A stretch of 64,000 nt of DNA from Antedon mediterranea (Eukaryota; Animalia; Echinodermata). A program made the translations under genes and the position numbers. The first letter of the stretch is position 1. Every line of letters starts with the position of its first letter. Where the stretch lies: NCBI RefSeq assembly GCF_964355755.1, contig NC_092670.1, positions 27,454,388 through 27,518,387 of the forward strand, given 5' to 3'. Positions 1 to 9,599 of the stretch are shown here, piece after piece. The notes under the pieces were generated by a model that worked only from the letters and a program-made list of their open reading frames with translations, made no database searches and was not told the DNA's origin.

Positions 1-2363
1 TTTAGACCATTTTGTGATTTTCAAAAAACCTGTTAACATAAAAACACAAAAGTGCTTAGAATAGCTTGAAATCGCATTTGGAGACATTTTAGACCATTTT
101 GTGATTTTCGAAAAAACTCGTTAACATAAAAACATCAAAGTGCTTAAAATCACACTAGAAACCGTTTTAGACCATTTCGAGCACTTCGATAAAACTTTTC
201 ACACAAAAACATCAAAGAGCACAAAATAGCTTAATATGGTATTTAAAAACGTTTTTGACCATTTTGAGCATTTCGACAAAAATTATTCACACAAAACAGC
301 AAAGTGTACAGAATAACTTCAAATCGCATTTGGAGACGTTTTAGACCATTTTGTTATTTTCGAAAAAACTTGTTAACATAAAAACACCAAAGTGCTTAGA
401 ATAGCTTCAAATCGCATTTGGAGCCATTTTAGACCATTTTGTGATTTTCGAAAAAACTTGTAAAAATAAAAACACCAAAGTGCTTAGAAAAGCTTCAAAT
501 CGCATTTGGAGACATTTTAGACCATTTTGTGATTTTCTAAAAAAGTTGTCAACATAAAAACATCAAAGTGCTTAAAATCGCATTTGGAGACGTTTTAGAG
601 CATTTTGTGATTTTCGAAAAAACTTGTTAACATAAAAACACAAAAGTGCTTAGAATAGCTTCAAATCGCATTTGGAGACGTTTTAGACCATTTTGTGATT
701 TTCGAAAAAAACTTGTTAACATAAAACATCAAAGTGCTTAAAATCACATTAAACACCGTTTTAGACCATTCTGAGCATTTCGCTAAAACTTTTCACACAA
801 AAACATCAAAGAGCACAAAATAGCTTAATATCGTATTTAAAAACGTTTTTGACCATTTTGAGCATTTCGAAAAAAAATTTTCACACAAAACAGCAAAGTG
901 TACAGAATAGCTTCAAATCGCATTTGGAGACGTTTTAGACCATTTTGTGATTTTCGAAAAAACTTGTTAACATAAAAACACCAAAGTGCTAGGAATAGCT
1001 TCAAATCGCATTTGGAGACATTTTAGACCTTTTTGTGATTTTCGAAAAAACTTGTTAACATAAAAACACCAAAGTGCTTAGAATAGCTTCAAATCGCATT
1101 TGGAGACGTTTTATAAAATGTTGTGATTTTCTAAAAAACTTGTTAACATAAAAACACCAAAGTGCTTAAAAAAGCTTCAAATCGCAATTGGAGACGTTTA
1201 GACCATTTTGTGATTTTCGAAAAAACTTGTTAACATAAAAACATCAAAGTGTACAGAATAGCTTCAAATCGCATTTGGAGACGTTTTAGACCATTTTGTG
1301 ATTTTCAAAAAAACCTGTTAACATAAAAACACAAAAGTGCTTAGAATAGCTTCAAATCGCATTTGGAGACGTTTTAGACCATTTTGTGATTTTCGAAAAA
1401 ACTTGTTAACATAAAAACACAAAAGTGCTTAGAATAGCTTCAAATCGCATTTGGAGACGTTTTAGACCATTTTGTGATTTTCGAAAAAAATTGTTAACAT
1501 AAAAACACCAAATTGCTTAGAATATCTTCAAATCGCATTTGGAGACGTTTTAGACCATTTTGTGATTTTCGAAAAAACTTGTTAACATAAAAACACCAAA
1601 GTGCTAAGAATAGCTTGAATTCGCATTTGGAGACATTTTAGACCATTTTTTATTTTCGAAAAAACTCGTTAACATAAAAACATCAAAGTGTACAGAATAG
1701 CTTCAAATCGCATTTGGAGACGTTTTAGACCATTTTGTGATTTTCAAAAAACCTGTTAACATAAAAACACAAAAGTGCTTAGAATAGCTTGAAATCGCAT
1801 TTGAAGACATTTTAGACCATTTTGTGATTTTCGAAAAAACTTGTTAACATAAAAACATCAAAGTGCTTAAAATCACATTAGAAACCGTTTTAGACCATTT
1901 CGAGCATTTCGATAAAACTTTTCACACAAAAACATCAAAGAGCACAAAATAGCTTAATATCGTATTTAAAAACGTTTTTGACCATTTTGAGCATTTCGAC
2001 AAAAATTATTCACACAAAACAGCAAAGTGTACAGAATAGCTTCAAATCGCATTTGGAGACGTTTTAGACCATTTTGTTATTTTCGAAAAAACTTGTTAAC
2101 ATAAAAACACCAAAGTGCTTAGAATAGCTTCAAATCGCATTTGGAGCCATTTTAGACCATTTTGTGATTTTCGAAAAAACTTGTAAAAATAAAAACACCA
2201 AAGTGCTTAGAAAAGCTTCAAATCGCATTTGGAGACATTTTAGACCATTTTGTGATTTTCTAAAAAAGTTGTTAACATAAAAACATCAAAGTGCTTAAAA
2301 TCGCATTTGGAGACGTTTTAGAGCATTTTGTGATTTTCGAAAAAACTTGTTAACATAAAAACA
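1..2363 (-). repeat. Block duplication in reverse arm, offset 1723 bp (~1-640 vs ~1724-2363)
   Basis: Seen: private variants GAGCCATTTT at 421/2144 and TAAAAATAAA at 461/2184 share the 1723 offset. Confidence 0.8.
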
Positions 2364-2605
2364 CCAAAGTGCTTAGAATAGCTTCAAATCGCATTTGGAG
2401 ACCGTTTTAGACCATTTTGTGATTTTCGAAAAAACTTGTTAACATAAAAACACCAAATTGCTTAGAATAGCTTCAAATCGCATTTGGAGACGTTTTAGAC
2501 CATTTTGTGATTTTCGAAAAAACTCGTTAACATAAAAACATCAAAGTGCTTAAAATCACATTAGAAACCGTTTTAGACCATTTTGAGCATTTCGATAAAA
2601 CTTTT
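1..2605 (-). repeat. 88-bp satellite array, reverse-oriented arm (~30 monomers, truncated by window start)
   Basis: Seen: units such as CGAAAAAACTTGTTAACATAAAAACACCAAAGTGCTTAGAATAGCTTCAAATCGCATTTGGAGACGTTTTAGACCATTTTGTGATTTT are the exact reverse complement of the consensus downstream of 2605. Confidence 0.97.
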
Positions 2606-2693
2606 TTATGTTAACAACTTTTTTAGAAAATCACAAAATGGTCTAAAACGGTTTCTAATGTGATTTTAAGCACTTTGATGTTTTTATGTTAAC
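2526..2693. other. Array inversion junction with 60-bp perfect inverted repeat (2526-2585 / 2634-2693) and ~48-bp spacer
   Basis: Seen: ...CGATAAAACTTTT (reverse arm) overlaps TTTTTATGTTAAC (forward arm) in the T-run 2602-2607. Manual reverse complement of 2634-2693 equals 2526-2585. Confidence 0.92.
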
Positions 2694-3320
2694 AACTTTT
2701 TTAGAAAATCACAAAATGGTCTAAAACGTCTCCAAATGCGATTTGAAGCAATTATAAGCACTTTGGTGTTTTTATGGTAACGAGTTAATTTGAAAATCAC
2801 AAAATGGTCTAAAACGTCTCCAAATGCGATTTTAAGCTATTCTAAGCACTTTGGTGTTTTTATGTTAACAAGTTTTTTCAAAAATCACAAAATGGTCTAA
2901 AACGTCTCCATATGCGATTTGAAGCTATTTTAAGCACTTTGGTGTTTTTGTGTAACCAAGTTTTTTCGAAAATCACAAAAAGGTCAATAATGTCTCAAAA
3001 TGCGATTTGAAGCTATTCTGTACACTTTGATGTTTTTATGTTAACAAGTTTTTTCGAAAATCAAAAAATGGTCTAAAACGTCTCCAAATGCGATTTGAAG
3101 CTATTCTAAGCACTTTGGTGTTTTTATGTTAACAAGTTTTTTCGAAAATCACAAAATGGTCTAAAATGTCACAAAATGCGATTTGAAGCTATTCTAAGCA
3201 CTTTGGTGTTTTTGTGTAACCAAGTTTTTTTGAAAATCACAAAATGGTATAAAACGTCTCCAAATGCGATTTTAAGGTATTCTAAGCACTTTGGTGTTTT
3301 TATGTTAACAAGTTTTTTCG

Positions 3321-3408
3321 AAAATCACAAAATGGTCTAAAACGTCTCCAAATGCGATTTGAAGCTATTCTAAGCACTTTGGTGTTTTTATGTTAACAAG
3401 TTTTTTCG
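3321..3408 (+). repeat. Representative consensus 88-bp monomer
   Basis: Seen: AAAATCACAA AATGGTCTAA AACGTCTCCA AATGCGATTT GAAGCTATTC TAAGCACTTT GGTGTTTTTA TGTTAACAAG TTTTTTCG. It contains GTTAAC (HpaI site), and TTCGAA (BstBI site) forms across the monomer junction. Confidence 0.97.
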
Positions 3409-3599
3409 AAAATCACAAAATGGTCTAAAATGTCACAAAATTCGATTTGAAGCTATTCTAAGCACTTTGGTGTTTTTGTGTAACCAAGTTTTTTCGAAAA
3501 TCACAAAATGGTCTAAAATGTCTCAAAATGCGATTTGAAGCTATTCTGTACACTTTGATGTTTTTATGTTAACAAGTTTTTTCGAAAATCAAAAAATGG

Positions 3600-6500
3600 T
3601 CTAAAACGTCTCCAAATGCGATTTGAAGCTATTCTAAGCACTTTGGTGTTTTTATGTTAACAAGTTTTTTCGAAAATCACAAAATGGTATAAAACGTCTC
3701 CAAATGCGATTTTAAGGTATTCTAAGCACTTTGGTGTTTTTATGTTAACAAGTTTTTTCGAAAATCACAAAATGGTATAAAACGTCTCCAAATGCGATTT
3801 TAAGCTATTCTAAGCAATTTGGTGTTTTTATGTTAACAGGTTTTTTTGAAAATCACAAAATGGTCTAAAACGTCTCCAAATGCGATTTGAAGCTATTCTG
3901 TACACTTTGCTGTTTTGTGTGAATAATTTTTGTCGAAATGCTCAAAATGGTCAAAAACGTTTTTAAATACGATATTAAGCTATTTTGTGCTCTTTGATGT
4001 TTTTGTGTGAAAAGTTTTATCGAAATGCTCAAAATGGTCTAAAACGGTTTCTAATGTGATTTTAAGCACTTTGGTGTTTTTATGTTAACAAGTTTTTTCG
4101 AAAATCACAAAATGGTCTAAAACGTCTCCAAATGTGATTTGAAGCTATTCTAAACACTTTGGTGTTTTTATGTTAACAAGTTTTTTCGAAAATCACAAAT
4201 TGGTCTAAAACGTCTCCAAATGCGATTTGAAGCTATTTTAAGCACTTTGGTGTTTTTGTGTAACCAAGTTTTTTCGAAAATCACAAAAGGGTCTAAAATG
4301 TCTCAAAATGCGATTTGAAGCTATTCTGTACACTTTGATGTTTTTATGTTAACAAGTTTTTTCGAAAGTCACAAAATGGTCTAAAACGTCTCCAAATGCG
4401 ATTTGAAGCTATTCTAAGCACTTTGGTGTTTTTATGTTAACAAGTTTTTTCGAAAATCACAAAATGGTGTAAAACGTCTCCAAATGCGTTTTGAAGCTAT
4501 TCTAAGCACTTTCGTGTTTTTATGTTAACAAGTTTTTTCGAAAATCACAAAATGGTGTAAAACGTCTCCAAATGCGATTTTAAGCTATTCTAAGCAATTT
4601 GGTGTTTTTATGTTAACAAGTTTTTTCGAAAATCACAAAATGGTATAAAACGTCTCCAAATGCGATTTTAAGGTATTCTAAGCACTTTGGTGTTTTTATG
4701 TTAACAAGTTTTTTCGAAAATCACAAAATGGTATAAAACGTCTCCAAATGCGATTTGAAGCTATTCTAAGCACTTTGGTGTTTTTATGTTAACAAGTTTT
4801 TTCGAAAATCACAAAATGGTATAAAACGTCTCCAAATGCGATTTTAAGCTATTCTAAGCACTTTGGTGTTTTTATGTTAACAAGTTTTTTCGAAAATCAC
4901 AAAATGTTGTAAAACGTCTCCAAATGCGATTTGAAGCTATTCTAAGCAATTTGGTGTTTTTATGTTAACAAGTTTTTTCGAAAATCACAAAATGGTCTAA
5001 AACGTCTCCAAATGCGATTTGAAGGTATTCTAAGCACTTTGGTGTTTTTATGTTAACAAGTTTTTTCGAAAATCACAAAATGGTATAAAACGTCTCCAAA
5101 TGCGATATTAAGCTATTCTAAGCACTTTGGTGTTTTTATGTTAACAAGTTTTTTCGAAAATCACAAAATGGTGTAAAACGTCTCCAAATGCGATTTGAAG
5201 CTATTCTAAGCAATTTGGTGTTTTTATGTTTACAAGTTTTTTCGAAAATCACAAAATGGTGTAAAACGTCTCCAAATGCGATTTGAAGCTATTCTCAGCA
5301 ATTTGGTGTTTTTATGTTAACAAGTTTTTTCGAAAATCACAAAATGGTCTAAAACGTCTCCAAATGCGATTTGAAGCTATGCTAAGCACTTTTGTGTTTT
5401 TATGTTAACAAGTTTTTTCGAAAATCACAAAATGGTCTAAAATGTCTCCAAATGCGATTTGAAGCTTTTCTAAGCACTTTGGTGTTTTTATGTTTACAAG
5501 TTTTTTCGAAAATCACAAAATGTCTATAATGTCTCAAAATGCGATTTGAAGCTATTCTGTACACTTTGATGTTTTTATGTTAAAAAGTTTTTTCGAAAAT
5601 CACAAAATGGTCTAAAACGTCTCCAAATGCGATTTGAAGCTATTCTGTACACTTTGCTGTTTTGTGTGAATAATTTTTGTCAAAATGCTCAAAATGGTCA
5701 AAAACGTTTTTAAATACTATATTAAGCTATTTTGTGTTCTTTGATGTTTTTGTGTGAAAAGTTTTATCGAAATGCTCAAAATGGTCTAAAACGGTTTCTA
5801 ATGTGATTTTAAGAACCTTGATGTTTTTATGTTAACAACTTTTTTAGAAAATCACAAAATGGTCTAAAACGTCTCCAAATGCGATTTGAATCAATTCTAA
5901 GCACTTTGGTGTTTTTATGTTAACAAGTTTTTTCGAAAATCACAAAATGGTCTAAAACGTCTCCAAATGCGATTTGAAGCTATTCTAAGCACTTTGGTGT
6001 TTTTATGTTAACAAGTTTTTTCGAAAATCACAAAATGGTATAAAACGTCTCCAAATGCGATTTTAAGGTATTCTAAGCACTTTGGTGTTTTTATGTTAAC
6101 AAGTTTTTTCGAAAATCACAAAATGGTATAAAACGTCTCCAAATGCGATTTTAAGCTATTCTAAGCAATTTGGTGTTTTTATGTTAACAGGTTTTTTTGA
6201 AAATCACAAAATGGTCTAAAACGTCTCCAAATGCGATTTGAAGCTATTCTGTACACTTTGCTGTTTTGTGTGAATAATTTTTGTCGAAATGCTCAAAATG
6301 GTCAAAAACGTTTTTAAATACGATATTAAGCTATTTTGTGCTCTTTGATGTTTTTGTGTGAAAAGTTTTATCGAAATGCTCAAAATGGTCTAAAACGGTT
6401 TCTAATGTGATTTTAAGCACTTTGGTGTTTTTATGTTAACAAGTTTTTTCGAAAATCACAAAATGGTCTAAAACGTCTCCAAATGTGATTTGAAGCTATT

Positions 6501-6990
6501 CTAAACACTTTGGTGTTTTTATGTTAACAAGTTTTTTCGAAAATCACAAATTGGTCTAAAACGTCTCCAAATGCGATTTGAAGCTATTTTAAGCACTTTG
6601 GTGTTTTTGTGTAACCAAGTTTTTTCGAAAATCACAAAAGGGTCTAAAATGTCTCAAAATGCGATTTGAAGCTATTCTGTACACTTTGATGTTTTTATGT
6701 TAACAAGTTTTTTCGAAAGTCACAAAATGGTCTAAAACGTCTCCAAATGCGATTTGAAGCTATTCTAAGCACTTTGGTGTTTTTATGTTAACAAGTTTTT
6801 TCGAAAATCACAAAATGGTGTAAAACGTCTCCAAATGCGTTTTGAAGCTATTCTAAGCACTTTCGTGTTTTTATGTTAACAAGTTTTTTCGAAAATCACA
6901 AAATGGTGTAAAACGTCTCCAAATGCGATTTTAAGCTATTCTAAGCAATTTGGTGTTTTTATGTTAACAAGTTTTTTCGAAAATCACAAA
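3600..6990 (+). repeat. ~1 kb block duplicated at 2351-bp offset (~3600-4640 vs ~5950-6990)
   Basis: Seen: rare AACAGG at 3835/6186 and CAAATGCGTT at 4481/6832. Confidence 0.82.
3849..4100 (+). repeat. Representative 252-bp divergent three-monomer cassette A'(87)-B(87)-C(78); ~70-75 copies dispersed through the window
   Basis: Seen: monomer starts at 3849, 3936, 4023 and 4101. B (AAATGCTCAAAATGGTCAAAAACGTTTTTAAATACGATATTAAGC...) differs from consensus by ~18 substitutions plus 1 gap (~78% identity, manual alignment). C lacks 10 bp. Confidence 0.93.
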
Positions 6991-9599
6991 ATGGTCTAAA
7001 ACGTCTCCAAATGCGATTTGAAGCTATTCTGTACACTTTGCTGTTTTGTGTGAATAATTTTTGTCGAAATGCTCAAAATGGTCAAAAACGTTTTTAAATA
7101 CGATATTTAGCTATTTTGTGCTCTTTGATGATTTTGTGTGAAAAGTTTTATCGAAAATCACAAAATGGTATAAAACGTCTCCAAATGCGATTTTAAGCAC
7201 TTTGGTGTTTTTATGTTAATAAGTTTTTTCGAAAATCACAAAATGGTCGAAAATGTCACAAAATGCGATTTGAAGCAATTCTAAGCACTTTGGTGTTTTT
7301 TATGTTAACAAGTTTTTTCGAAAATCACAAAATGGTCTAAAACGACTCCAAATGCGATTTGAAGCTATTCTAAGCACTTTGGTGTTTTTATGTTAACAAG
7401 TTTTTTCGAAAATCACAAAATGGTATAAAACGTCTCCAAATGCGATTTTAAGGTATTCTAAGCACTTTGGTGTTTTTATGTTAACAAGTTTTTTCGAAAA
7501 TCACAAAATGGTATAAAACGTCTCCAAATGCGATTTTAAGCTATTCTAAGCAATTTGGTGTTTTTATGTTAACAAGTTTTTTTGAAAATCACAAAATCGT
7601 CTAAAACGTCTCCAAATGTGATTTGAAGCTATTCTGTACACTTTGCTGTTTTGTGTGAATAATTTTTGTCGAAATGCTCAAAATGGTCAAAAACGTTTTT
7701 AAATACGATATTAAGCTATTTTGTGCTCTTTGATGTTTTTGTGTGAAAAGTTTTATCGAAATGCTCAAAATGGTCTAAAACGGTTTCTAATGTGATTTTA
7801 AGCACTTTGGTGTTTTTATGGTAACAAGTTTTTTCGAAAATCACAAAATGGTCTAAAACGTCTCCAAATGTGATTTGAAGCTATTCTAAACACTTTGGTG
7901 TTTTTATGTTAACAAGTTTTTTCGAAAATCACAAATTGGTCTAAAACGTCTCCAAATGCGATTTGAAGCTATTTTAAGCACTTTGGTGTTTTTGTGTAAC
8001 CAAGTTTTTTCGAAAATCACAAAAGGGTCTAAAATGTCTCAAAATGCGATTTGAAGCTATTCTGTACACTTTGATGTTTTTATGTTAACAAGTTTTTTCG
8101 AAAGTCACAAAATGGTCTAAAACGTCTCCAAATGCGATTTGAAGCTATTCTAAGCACTTTGGTGTTTTTATGTTAACAAGTTTTTTCGAAAATCACAAAA
8201 TGGTGTAAAACGTCTCGAAATGCGATTTTAAGCTATTCTAAGCAATTTGGTGTTTTTATATTTACAAGTTTTTTTGAAAATCACAAAATGTCTATAATGT
8301 CTCCAAATGCGATTTGAAGCTATTCTGTACACTTTGCTGTTTTGTGTGAATAATTTTTGTCAAAATGCTCAAAATGGTCAAAAACGTTTTTAAATACTAT
8401 ATTAAGCTATTTTGTGTTCTTTGATGTTTTTGTGTGAAAAGTTTTATCGAAATGCTCAAAATAGTCTAAAACGGTTTCTAATGTGATTTTAAGAACTTTG
8501 ATGTTTTTATGTTAACAACTTTTTTAGAAAATCACAAAATGGTCTAAAACGTCTCCAAATGCGATTTGAAGCAATTCTAAGCACTTTGGTGTTTTTATGT
8601 TAACAAGTTTTTTCGAAAATCACAAAATTGTCTAAAACGTCTCCAAATGCGATTTGAAGCTATTCTAAGCACTTTTGTGTTTTTATGTTAACAAGTTTTT
8701 TCGAAAATCCCAAAATGGTATAAAACGTCTCCAAATGCGATTTTAAGGTATTCTAAGCACTTTGGTGTTTTTATGTTAACAAGTTTTTTCGAAAATCACA
8801 AAATGGTCTAAAACGTCTCCAAATGCGATTTGAAGCTATTCTAAGCACTTTGGTGTTTTTATGTTAACAAGTTTTTTCGAAATTCACAAAATGGTCTAAA
8901 ATGTCTCCAAATGCGATTTGAAGCTTTTCTAAGCACTTTGGTGTTTTTATGTTTACAAGTTTTTTCGAAAATCACAAAATGGTCTAAAACGTCTCCAAAT
9001 GCGATTTGAAGCTATTCTAAGCAATTTGGTGTTTTTATGTTAACAAGTTTTTTCGAAAATCACAAAATGGTCTAAAACGTCTCCAAATGCGATTTGAAGC
9101 AATTATAAGCACTTTGGTGTTTTTATGGTAACGAGTTATTTCGAAAATCACAAAATGGTCTAAAACGTCTCCAAATGCGATTTTAAGAAATTCTAAGCAC
9201 TTTGGTGTTTTTATGTTAACAACTTTTTTAGAAAATCACAAAATGGTCTAAAACGGTTTCTAATGTGATTTTAAGCACTTTGATGTTTTTATGTTAACAA
9301 CTTTTTTAGAAAATCACAAAATGGTCTAAAACGTCTCCAAATGCGATTTGAAGCAATTCTAAGCACTTTGGTGTTTTTGTGTAACCAAGTTTTTTCGAAA
9401 ATCACAAAAGGGTCTAAAATGTCTCAAAATGCGATTTGAAGCTATTCTGTACACTTTGATGTTTTTATGTTAACAAGTTTTTTGAAAGTCACAAAATGGT
9501 CTAAAACGTCTCCAAATGCGATTTGAAGCTATTCTAAGCACTTTGGTGTTTTTATGTTAACAAGTTTTTTCGAAAATCACAAAATGCTCTAAAACGTCT

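Noticed and set aside
2526-2693. Simple fold-back sequencing chimera or terminator hairpin
   Set aside because: The mirror is exact for only 60 bp and the arms have different variant orders, unlike a read fold-back. There is no gene context for a terminator. A misjoin still needs read-level exclusion.
3321-3408. CENP-B box, telomeric repeat or tRNA/5S-derived unit
   Set aside because: TTCG is present, but the downstream A..CGGG of the CENP-B box is not. I saw no telomere motif, cloverleaf or Pol III A/B boxes.
3849-4100. 252-bp cassette as a MITE/SINE insertion
   Set aside because: It is colinear and in register with the monomer, with no terminal inverted repeats, target-site duplication or poly-A tail.
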